Both the position numbers and the translations under genes were made by a program. A stretch of 64,000 nt of DNA from Chiloscyllium plagiosum (lineage: Eukaryota): assembly GCF_004010195.1 (NCBI RefSeq), contig NC_057719.1, positions 52,642,926-52,706,925 of the forward strand, written 5' to 3'. Shown here in pieces: positions 52,195 to 62,864 of this stretch. The notes under the pieces were generated by a model that was not told the origin of the DNA, did not search any database, and saw only the letters and a list, made by a program, of their open reading frames with translations. Positions within the stretch are counted from its first letter, which is position 1. Every line of letters starts with the position of its first letter.

Positions 52195-52630
52195 TGAAGC
52201 ATGGCAACTGTTTTGTCATTGTACAAGATTTGGATTTTGTCCAGGCCTAACCTGGAGTACTTATGGCCAATTTCTGTTAATTATGTTGGGACTTTGGAAT
52301 GTGAACTGAGGAAGGACACTAGACTAACACATAGTAAAAAAAAATCTTTGTCATCAAGATGGGCTGAAAGAGCTGAAAATCTACACTTCAGAAAAGCATA
52401 GAATTGAAGGTAAAATGATTGAAGTCTAAAAAATATTAATGAAGAGAGCAAAAAAAAATGCTCTAATTGTCAGTTTGTTCAACTATGTAGTTTATGAAGG
52501 TCACGTTTAAGTTGTATCAATACCGATTCAGAATTAATGTGTAGAGATGGCTCTTTTCTACAAGATTAGGCTTGTGATATTGACACTTACTGATATCCTT
52601 CAAGCAAAACTGGATAAGTTATTTGGCTTG
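52195..52630 (+). mobile_element. Very old CR1 3' remnant
   Basis: VLSLYKI...RPNLEY motif and a CR1-like C-terminal pattern. Confidence 0.45.
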
Positions 52631-52994
52631 GTCATGATCTTGGAGAAATTGGTCTCCTGGACAAATTGCAATCATTTAGATAATGGAAGAGGAACTTTCT
52701 AAATTTTTGCTTCCCTAAATTGACCTTGCCATTTACCTCATTTATTTTTTGTCTCTCCCAGAAAATGCATAGTTTTGGTTTTGATAAGGAATGCATATAT
52801 TTTGATAAAGACGCTATTATATTTGTGTGAAACAGGAGGGACTCTATCTTTCTGCGATTGTTCATGCCTTCAGATGTATTTTATGAATTAAATAATAAAA
52901 CAGTTGTGCTCACCCTGGTAGTTAATACCTCATTCATTTTATACAAATGTTCAGTAATCTTTTTGAAAATGACGCTCAGCTTTGATTTGCTTTT

Positions 52995-53175
52995 AACAAG
53001 TTTTGAGAAGATTTGTAGCTCAGGTTGAAGTTCTGGATGTAGGTTTGCTCACTGAGCAGGAAGGTTCAATTCCAGATGATTCGTCACCCTACTAGGTAAC
53101 ATCTTCAGTGGGCCTCAGGTGAAGCACTGTTGATAATTCCTGCTTTCTATTTATATGTTTGGGTTTCTTTGGGTC
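52995..53175 (-). mobile_element. Penelope-type pLTR (third family) with decayed hammerhead
   Basis: Minus strand CA-CTGAAGA-T-GTTACC-TAGTAG-GGTGAC-GAAT-CATC-TG. Confidence 0.65.
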
Positions 53176-54149
53176 CCAAATTGTTTATTGAACTTAATTT
53201 CACCATCTGCCATGGTAGGATTTTAACCCCCATCTCCAGAATATTTGCATGGAGTTCTGTATTGCTAAACCAGCAACATTGCTACTGTGTCACCACCTCT
53301 CTAATCATTCGACTTATTTGCCTTGTTTCTTCCTGTTTCGGAGTTCTCCTATGTTACTCAATACAAGTAATTTATGGTAAATGCATCAAGTAGAGTTTGG
53401 ATTCCCATTCTTAGTTTAAGAACTTTAGTCATCTTAAGCTCAATCTGTTTTACTGCTGCAGCAGGAGATCCACTCAGATGTTTTTTTTTTTTGCCTGCCC
53501 AGGTTTTATGTTTCGATGATTTGAGCAGCTATGTGCCAGAGCTTTGAAGAAATAGACATGCAGTCGAATCTTTGCGTTTGGGTAGCTATAATTGGGTTGG
53601 TACCTTAGTATGGCACTACAGAAAATATTAAACATATTTTTCAAGTGTGGGAGCACATTCATAATGATGTGTGAAAACAGCTTGTGTTCTGAACTTGTGA
53701 CACTGTAGATTAAATAAACTTGGAAATTTTGTCTCCATCAAATGCATTGATATAGCTGACTCTTTCACCCCAAATATTATAACAGCCAATAGTTCAAACA
53801 CTGATACTTCACTCTAAACAATCTACTTGAAATACAATTTCTACTGATAGTTACATTGTTTCCATTCCTTTAGTCTTTGTATTGTCAACTGTAATCTACA
53901 ATTTTTTTTTGATTGTGATAACAGTTCAGCTTCTTGCTAATTTGCTCCAACATCAAATGGATTTTTTTTCTATCAAATGACACTGAGAAACGGAAAGGAT
54001 TTAAACAATCTGTTTAAACAAACAACCTTTGCTGATTCCGTTAACTACAAGAGCTCATTTGCAAAGTGTCATATTCCTAAACTGACCAACCCTTAACATT
54101 TTTGCTCTCATTAACATTTCCATCTCAGATCTGCAATGTTTCAGCAAAG

Positions 54150-54560
54150 CCCCCTATAAACTAAAAGAACAGCACCACAGTGTCCAGGACTCAACATTAC
54201 GTTCAGCAACATTAGAGCATGAATCCTCTTCTCTATTTCAATAATCTGCCCCTCCCGTGTCTTGATTACATGAATTTGCTCTTGGCAAGGCCAACCTAAT
54301 TTTGACTATTCTCACCTTACCATAACACCAATTTTACAGTTACATCTATCCGTTACTATAATTAATTTTCTTATGGCCTGGGTCCCTGCTCTATTTGTTC
54401 CACTCACTTCTCCTCCTCATTTCTCAACAGCATAAAACACATCATTTTCATTCCTCTTCAGTTCTGAAGAAGACGCATTGGACTCAAAAAATTAATTTTG
54501 TTTTTCTTTCTTCTGAGATTCTGTCAGACTTGCTTAGTTCCTCCAGCGCTTACTATTTTT
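54150..54560 (+). mobile_element. Degraded Penelope 3' end plus pLTR
   Basis: PGLNITFSN C-terminal motif; CTGAAGA-A-GACGC-ATTG-GACTC-AAAA at 54464-54489; CAGACTTGCTTAGTTCCTCCAGC. Confidence 0.5.
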
Positions 54561-55209
54561 ATTCCTCAAGGTCCTGTGTTCGGGGCCGATAGATTGATAC
54601 TTAGATTTGAACCCACTCAGTGCTTTTGACAAACCAGAAAAAATAGAGAAGTCTAGGACTGATTTCTTCTGCAAGTTTTTAGTTGAGGATGGTCCTACCA
54701 AGAGCCAAAACTACTGCATTGAATGGAATTTTTTGCCCTGCTTTCTCCTCTCTTCGTAGGTGGTAGAGGGTGACACTTACTTGGATGAAAGAATGCAGAC
54801 TGGAGACTTTGCTGCCTTCCTACTTCCAATCAAGCTCTCAGTAGGAGAGATGTAGAGTGGCCTTCCCACCTGCTGCCCTTAAGGAACCACTTTATTGCCT
54901 TATTCTGCTGGTGGACACTGGGGCACCTATCAAGCAAGCCAACCACATTGCAAAACCTGTTGCCTACTGAGACTGAGGTTCCCTCTGTTTCAGGCAACCT
55001 GTGAAGAAAATGAAGGATCTGATATTAGAAAGAGGAAAATATGGAAAAGCTTCTTTATTTGTCCAGAGACACTTCCCAAGAGACCTTCAACCTGAATGCT
55101 TCCTTCAGTGATCCCAGAGAACTCTTTGATGTGCAAAGACAATCAGCTATACAATAACACTAGTGTATCAGGAATGACACATTGTATGAAGATAGTACTT
55201 TGCTGGTTC

Positions 55210-55720
55210 ATTCAGAATTATACCTAAAGTTATGCAGAGAGAACTTGTTCAGAAGATGCGTGGAGACCACATGGAAGTGGAGCTGCATACAATGAGAATC
55301 AGAACAGCACAGTCATCTACAAAGATATTAAAAGCATGTTGCTGATATGTAGTGTATGCCAGAAGTTTTGAAATACACAACAGAAAGTGGCGTTGATGAC
55401 TACTGAAATATCCCAGATCGTGGCACTCTGTGTGAACCAGTTTATTTACATGCAATCATGAATGCCAGCTCATAGTTTCAGATTATTACACTAAGTGCTT
55501 CTTTACTGGGAAGGTATAAGATTTGAAAGACAGTCCAGGTTTTGTTTGCTGAACAAGAAATTCCTAAAAGAATCATGTGATAATGGAACACAATTTACCT
55601 CCACGGAGTTTAAGGAAGTCACTGGAGAATATGGGTTCAATACTATAATCTGATGACCAGGAGGAAGTTATGCAACAAAGCACTGATACATGCACAGAAA
55701 GAAGTCCACGTTTCAGCCAG
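55210..55720 (+). mobile_element. Gypsy integrase remnant
   Basis: IIPKVMQRELVQKMRGDHME...IYKDIKSMLLICSVCQK and DNGTQFTSTEFKE...YGF. Confidence 0.7.
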
Positions 55721-58463
55721 CATGCAAAATCCTTTCAGTGTTGTTGAGAGGACACAGCATGTATGTATAGGATCCAACCCTGAGAAGGTGGAGCCCAACA
55801 AAATTTGTGAAGCAGAGACTTCATATTCTTACATCATTGAGAGGAAAACCAAAGTCCACTTTCAACTTATGCCTGCAATGCTAAAGCAGAAAAGGTCATC
55901 AACAGTACAAGCAACATCACCAACAAGCAAAACAACATTAACGACCAACAATTTATCACTTGGTTTTTGACTTCTAGTACTTGTATCTCAGTTCATTTAA
56001 GTCTCCCATTATTGTACCAAGCTGCACGGTGTTTTCAAATGAGTTTAATAATTTCCCATCATTCCTAGAACACATTTTAGATAGTTTTGCATGTTGTTAC
56101 AACTGTCGTGAAATGGATTTCTAATATTCAACTTTTATTGTATGTATTCAGTATCTGATAGCTTACCCAGATTGTGTTTAGTTTGAAAAAGACAATGGAG
56201 GTTAACTTGGAATGTACCAACAAACCATCTTTCAAAACTTGCTTTTAAGCAACAGATGAGGGAAATTAAAGTGGTCTGAAAGAAATATGGATACTGAAAA
56301 CTCTCACTATCCTTCTGTCTCTCTCTCTGTCTCTCTCCCCTCTCTTTCTCTCAATCTCAAAAAACAATACTAAAGAAAACATAGCTTGGAGGAAACACTG
56401 TTCAGTGAGAAATCAAGGCTATTCCTGAGGAAGCAAGTCAACAGTTAAACTTTTGGAATTCTGGTTTCACACATGCAGTGGTCTCTACCTTCCTGTGCAT
56501 ATACATATGCTCTACTCTCTTTTTTTAATTTTGTGGGTGTGTACATATGTTAGGTATCACATTTTCTTATTTTCCTTAGGCTTACAATGTTATAAGACTC
56601 CACTCTCACCCAAGAAAACCCAGGAATTGCCTTTCCTTCATTATTGATCTGGTTTACCATGTTTAATCAATGTATGATAGCCACATGCTAAAAAAAGAAA
56701 TAAAACATTTGTTCAAACTAACAAAAATGGGTGGCAAAAGGAAGGGTCCCTTTCTCAACTGGTTGCAAAACAAGTTAAAAAGAATGTAACTGAATCTAAT
56801 CATTATAGAACATTTAAGTAAAATTACCAAAATACTATGCAGCTATAAGAAACGTCAAAGATAAGTAAAGACCATAGTTCTTTTCACAGATACCTTAATT
56901 CATATCATAACATCTGGAATGTTTCTGCATCCTAATGTTCTAAATTTCTAAACATAATTTTCATCAATGTTAATGGATGCCATTCCTCTCCTACTCAGAG
57001 TTTTCCCTGGGTTTATTACTGCTATCAATATTTTATTTATTTAAGTCAGCACTGCTCCAACCCCTTTCCTCCTACTCTACAGACTTTATTTGTTAGTTTT
57101 TTTTCCCTTAAAGTAGTAAACTTGAAATGAAATTAGACAGATCTATCAGTAATTGTAAAATATTGATAAATCAAGTGTTGAATGATTATCCTTTACCTGA
57201 AGTGAAAAGCAAAAACGAGTATTTCTTTCTCTTAAAGTTTTTCCATCTTTCTTTATAGTGTGTCACCTTTACATTTACAATTACTCTTGTCATTATTCTT
57301 CCTACACTATCCTACATAGGAATATTTCTTATGTGATGTGAAGACAGAATTGGAGTCAGTACTCCAAGTAGTTTCTGACCAATTCAATGCAAAATCTCAA
57401 TATAACCTCTTGAGAGTTATAAATTACTGTACTGGCGATATATCTTGGCATTTCATCAGTTCTTTGCTCCTCTCTCATTCCACCTACTGGTGCACTTTAC
57501 TGTTTCAGAATGAAGGATCAATATCTAAGTTAGCCTGTAGGCTGGAAATGTCATCTTACTTCTTATATTGTGGTCATTCCCCCAGGGCTTGAAGTGTAAC
57601 AGATCAGAAAATAACTGATCCTTAAGTGCTCACCACCTGCTTTTGAGTAACACATGGTGATGGCAACAAAGCTGTTCACAATACTTTTGCAATGATACAT
57701 GAAGGAGAAAAACACTCAAGTATGTTATCAATCTTTTGCATGCACGTTCCAAACTGACAACCTGGAATTATCCAGATGCTGGATTTGTTTAATGCAGCTG
57801 AAAGCAGGGACAATTTCTCAGAATCCTTATTGCCGACTAGATGGGATCCTTCAATTTCTTCACCCAGCAGCTTAGAAACTCCAGCAGGTATGAGTGCAGA
57901 TCCCTGAATTTACTACCTATTTTGACATTATAGCTGAGCTGCCTTAAGAACAGTAACAACTTATAAAGTTTTGGAAAATAGAATCATTCAGACTGGTCAC
58001 ATCCCAAAAGCAAGTCATTCACTGCTGACTCAGATCAGAAGTTACTTCCTCCATTCCACAGCATTGGCCAAACCTTCCATTGGCAAATCCTCCCCTGCTG
58101 TCACATGTATGAACGTGCAAGCAGGAGTGCAACCTGAGTTTCCAGTCTATTTCACTCTTATTCATCCCTTTTTTGTAATACTCTTCCCTTCATCAGGAGA
58201 GTACTGGCAGTATCCCAAAGGAGCAATGGGAATGGATGCAAATATTCCAAATGAAAGTATAGTCCAGGGGCTATTTTTTTCCTGGGATGCAGGCATTATT
58301 GGAAAGGTCAGCATTTATGGTGTATGCCCAATTTCCCTTGAGAAGCTAATGGTGATTAGCTTCTGAAACTGCTGCAGTGCATGAGGTCCAGGATGCCTAC
58401 AGGATCCTGCAGGAAAGAGGTTTCCAGGATTCTGACTGAATAGTAGTTACGGGGTGACAAAAT

Positions 58464-58580
58464 GAGAGAAAGTGAGGACTGCAGATGCTGGAGATCAGAT
58501 TCTAAGAGTGTGGCGCTGGAAAAGCACACAAGGTCAGGCAGCATTCAAGAAGCAGGAGAGTCGACATTTCGGGCATAAGT
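58464..58580 (-). mobile_element. Penelope pLTR fragment
   Basis: GAAAGTGAGGACTGCAGATGCTGG...GTCGACATTTCGGGCATAAG. Confidence 0.8.
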
Positions 58581-58795
58581 GCTCAATTAGCTGGACAGCT
58601 GGCTTGTAATGCAGAGCAATGCTAACAAGATGGCTTGAGTTCTTGCACTAGCTGAGTTTACCATGATGGCCTTTCTTCTCAATCTCTCCACTTGCCTGAG
58701 GGCTGGTGACCTGCATGTTGAATCACCACTAATTGTCTATTTCTCATGATAGAGCAGCCTTATGGTCTGATAAGACTATGACAACTTTGCTTTTG
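58581..58795 (+). mobile_element. Probable tRNA-derived SINE
   Basis: GCTCAATTAGCTGGACAGC head, GAGTTC B-box-like segment, ACTTTGCTTTT tail. Confidence 0.4.
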
Positions 58796-59224
58796 ATTTT
58801 ATACAAGGAATAGCGAGATAATTCCAAGTCAAGATAGTGTGTGCCTTCAAGCAGAGTTTACAGTTGGTATTGTCTCCATGCATCTGCTACACTTATCCTT
58901 CTAGACTAGAGGCTGCAAGTTTGGAACGTCATGTTGAAGAAAGTTTGGTCAGTTGATGCAGTGCATCTTGTAGACAGTAAATACTGCTGCCATTGTGTGT
59001 TGGTAGTAGAACTATTTAGTGTAAGATAGGTATTGGGGTGTCAATGAAATGGGCTGATTTATTCTTGTTGATCATGAGCTTCTTTACTATTATTAGAGCT
59101 ACATTCATCCAGCAAATAAAAAATAATTCATTAAACTTCTAGCTTGTGCCTTATAAAGCGTGGGCAGGGTTTTGGCAAGTTACAACAGAATTCACAGCCT
59201 CAAGCTTGCTCTTGTATCAACAGT

Positions 59225-59312
59225 AGAAGGGCTTTTGCCCGAAACATCGATTTTCCTGTTCCTCGGATGCCGCCTGACCTGCTGTGCTTGTCCAGCATCA
59301 CTCTAATCTAGA
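59225..59312 (+). mobile_element. 88-bp Penelope pLTR mini-insertion with 16-bp TSD
   Basis: CTCTTGTATCAACAGT at 59209-59224 and 59313-59328; the insert begins GAAGGGCTTTTGCCCGAAACATCG. Confidence 0.9.
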
Positions 59313-59782
59313 CTCTTGTATCAACAGTGGTGAGTTTAGTTAGGTAAATTGAAAGCTTCTATGATGTTTATAGTGAGGATTCACTGATGATAATGCTAGT
59401 AAATGTCAAGAGGAGGCGGTTAGATTTTCTTGTTAGTGATGATGATATCCTGGCACTTACTTGGCAAAAATATTACTTGCAGCTTGTCAGCACAAGCCAA
59501 AATGTTGTCCTAGCCTTGATCCATTCTTTCAGTACTATTACTGCTCAATTGTCAGCATCAATGCAATGGGTGGGCTGCTGATGAGCTCTTGTGAGCTGGC
59601 AGGAACCCCACTGGTAGCCATAATGAGTACATAATAATGGGCAACCTAAAAAAGAGGCCACAGTCATGGTGGTACTGATATAGTTGACAGAAGTATGACT
59701 CTGACAAAACAGTATCGATTCCCAAAAATCCACTTCATAATATCTGGAGTGGAACAATAGCTTTCCTGCAGTGATTTCTAAT

Positions 59783-60182
59783 AATTTTTTTCCCCAGCAC
59801 CCATGTCGTGTGTGTGTGCACGTATAGGACACAGTGAAAGACAACAGGTGTTTACATCTTTATTTGTATTCCACCACCAGGAAGAAAGGAAACAGCTGAG
59901 TGGCCAGTGACAAGCGATGCCCTTCTCATCAAAGGGCAATGCTGCATGATCAAAAAAGTGAAGGGGGCAGCAGGGATTAAATCAAAATAGAATTGGAGGG
60001 GGAAATAAAGCACTCCACTCCTTGTAGTGCCCACCTCTCCCTGAACAGCTCCAGGGACACCCGGGTTCAGGCAAAGCCATGGAAGAGGGGCAGGCAATCA
60101 GCCATAATGACCTCCTCCATGGCCCGCCGCCTGGACCTGTTTATGGCCAGTTTGGCCAGGCCCAGGAGGAGACCCATGAGGA
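59783..60182 (-). mobile_element. Tx1-like non-LTR 3' fragment, copy 1
   Basis: LMGLLLGLAKLAINRSRRRAMEEVIMADCLPLFHG...LFRERWALQGVECFISP, AATAAA, A-tract. Confidence 0.75.
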
Positions 60183-60529
60183 GATTTCTAATGGTTTAAT
60201 TTTGTTTTATTCTTATGAGACTATTTTTCGTTGACATCAAGAAACACAGTTTTCCAATATTATTAACTCACTCGCCATTGCATGATTTTAATTCAAGGGT
60301 CAGGAAGTTTCCAGCTTACACTTTAGTGCTCCTACAAACATCAAGCGACCCCTTAAATACATGTGCAGAGTACGCAATAAATTTAAGGAAGTGAATTGAG
60401 ACCCCAGATCAGGAAGAAAAGGAAAGGCAGTTGAAATAGCTCCACAGAGGCTGGTATCCTTGAAGTTGGTCCGGCTCCCTCAGAACCAGCTGTCAGAGTG
60501 ACCAGTGACCAGAAACTCTGACATTCCTG

Positions 60530-61026
60530 TTTTTATTCCTTTTTTTTCTTTTTTTCCCCCCTTTTTACTCCCACACTGCTGCCTAACAGCAGTAGTGCTT
60601 ATTTTTTTCCCTGGCACCCATTTGTGTGTGTGCAGGTGTGAGACACAGTGAGAGACACAAGGTGCACGAATCTTTATTCAATTTCCACCACCAGGAAGAA
60701 AGGAAAACACCCAAGTGGCCAGTGACAAGCAGTGCCCTTCACAAAAAAGGACAGTACTGTGTGATCAAACAGTGAAGGGGAGGGCAGGGACTAAATCAAA
60801 ATAGAGTTGGAGGGGGAAATAATGCACTCCACTCCCTGTGGCGCCCACCTCTCCCTGAACAACTCCAGGGTGTTGGTGGACACCGTGTGCTCCTTCTCTA
60901 GGGACACCTGGGCTCAGGCATAGCCATGGAAAAGGGGCAGGCAATCGGCCATAATGACCTCCTCCATGGCCTGCCGCCTGGACTTGTTTATGGCCAGTTT
61001 GGCCAGGCCCAGGAGCAGGCCGAGGA
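60530..61026 (-). mobile_element. Tx1-like non-LTR 3' fragment, copy 2
   Basis: Same C-terminus plus EKEHTVSTNTLE, then 3' hairpin and A-rich tail. Confidence 0.75.
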
Positions 61027-61042
61027 GATTGTTAATGATTTA

Positions 61043-61285
61043 TTTATTTATTTATCTTTTATTTTTTTTCTCTATTCTCTTTCTTTTCTTTCTTTTTTCT
61101 AACCCACACACTATCGCCTAACTGTGGTAGTGCTTATTTTTTCCCCCAGCACCCATAGGACTCCCGGGCCCTAACGTAACCGCGGAAGAGGGGCAGGCAG
61201 TCGGCCCTAACGACCCCCTCCACAGCCCGCTGCTTCGACCTGTTGATGGCCAGTTTGGCCAGGCCCAGGAGCAGACCCACGAGGG
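61043..61285 (-). mobile_element. Tx1-like non-LTR 3' fragment, copy 3 (internally deleted)
   Basis: LVGLLLGLAKLAINRSKQRAVEGVVRADCLPLFRGYVRARES joined to the terminal 3' UTR and A-rich tail. Confidence 0.75.
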
Positions 61286-62189
61286 GATTTCTAATGGTTT
61301 AAAGGGATAAATGACAAGTAATGAGCACCTGTTCCAAATTACCCCTCTATGGGGTGCATTTTTAAACATGATTACAGATGTTGTTCAACTACTATTTTGT
61401 TAGCAAATTTATACTATTAAGTTGGCGCCATACTGCGCATTTTGCAAGCTAGATTGAGGCAATATTTTACAAATGCTTCATACCTCAGAGCCATGGGAAA
61501 AAATGGTAGAATCTACTGCTCCCAAAGCAACAGGGTTTCTCTTTTGCTCTCAATGTTTTGATTGATGAAAACTTTATGTTCAGAAATTGATACAACATGA
61601 TGTAATCAGTGGCACAGAGTTGACCCTTACAGGACATGCTTTATTTTTAAAATTCCAGTCATACGTGGTAAGATTATTTTTAAATTGTGATGTGAAATGT
61701 TAAAGTGGAAGCTGCCTATAGTTGCATTCATGACAGATTCCCCCACAATCACCATCAATCATAATAGACAGCTCGCTGTACACAATTTCATCAGGGAATT
61801 GACAGAAGCTTTACTTAGATTTGCAGAGCCTAAAATAACGACCGGAAGAGCAGTGGAAGCAAGACAGCAAAAGTGACTCCTTCCTTTTTTCTACGTGCAA
61901 GAAATTTTTTTTTTCCCTTTGGCAGTAAATATTCAGTGCCCCTTTTTGACTCTCACCAGTGAAATCAGAATAAGATGCTCAACAAAGAACCACAAGGAAT
62001 ACTGAAGAAAAAAGACTTTGGGATCAATGTATCTTGAGCTTGCTATTTTCTGCTGTACCGAGCCATTTTCTCAATGGGTGTTCAGGATTACTTAGGTAAA
62101 AACAATAACTGCAGATGCTGGAAACCAGATTCTGGATCAGTGGTGCTGGAAGAGCACAGCAATTCAGGCAGCATCCAATGAGCAGCGAA

Positions 62190-62224
62190 ATCGACGTTTC
62201 GGGCAAAAGCCCTTCATCAGGAAT
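62190..62224 (-). ncRNA. Minimal type I hammerhead ribozyme (predicted)
   Basis: CUGAUGA-A-GGGC-UUUU-GCCC-GAAA-CG-UC; palindromic ACGU in place of stem III; weak stem I. Confidence 0.65.
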
Positions 62225-62286
62225 AAAGGCAGAGAGCCTGAAGCGTGGAGAGATAAGCTAGGGCAGGGTGGGGGTGGGGAGAGAGT

Positions 62287-62370
62287 NNNNNNNNNNNNNN
62301 NNNNNNNNNNNNNNNNNNNNNNNNNNNNNNNNNNNNNNNNNNNNNNNNNNNNNNNNNNNNNNNNNNNNNN
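62287..62370. other. Assembly gap
   Basis: Run of N. Confidence 1.
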
Positions 62371-62864
62371 AGTGGATAGGTGGAAAAGAAGATAGGCAGG
62401 TAGGACAAGTCATGGGGACAGTGCCGAGCTGGAAGTTTGGAATTAGGGTGAGGTGGGGGAAGGGGAAATGAGGAAACTGTTGAAGTCCACGTTGATGCCC
62501 TGGGGTTGAAGTGTTCTGAGACGGAAGATGAGGCGTTCTTCCTCCAGGCGTCTGGTGGTGAGGGAGCGGCGGTGAAGGAGGCCCAGGACCTCCATGTCCT
62601 CGGCAGAGTGGGAGGGGGAGTTGAAATGTTGTGCTCTTCCAGCACCACTGATCCAGTTCAGGATTACTTGTCAGACCAGAGATGAAGTGTTTTCACAACT
62701 GTACGCTGTTCTGAAAATAAATGCTTCAAGTGAATCTTTCCTACTTTCTCCAGTTTACTTTTGTTTTACGTGATCATGTTATTACTGATACAACATGATC
62801 AAATGGATCTGCCCAGGGCAACCTTTATTGTGCATCATTGTAATCTAAAGACTACATTGGCAAC

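Larger units (their letters stand above)
58270..59760 (-). mobile_element. Degraded L2/CR1-group LINE hosting three younger insertions
   Basis: 3' tail at 58270-58350 (CAGCATTTAT...CCCAATTTCCCTTGAGAAG); the body resumes at ~58810. Confidence 0.55.
62094..62655 (-). mobile_element. Young Penelope-like element 3' fragment with inverted pLTR piece and intact hammerhead core
   Basis: HFNSPSHSAEDMEVLGLL...RRLEEERLIFRLRTLQPQGINVDF; inverted piece at 62631-62656 matches 62133-62158; TSD GTTCAGGATTACTT at 62080-62093 and 62656-62669. Confidence 0.9.

Noticed and set aside
56200..56772. Possible LTR downstream of the integrase remnant
   Set aside because: No partner LTR, clear PPT or TSD was found.
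59773..61301. CRISPR-like repeat/spacer array from the recurring GATTTCTAAT motif
   Set aside because: Eukaryotic context; the intervals are long, irregular and homologous to one another.
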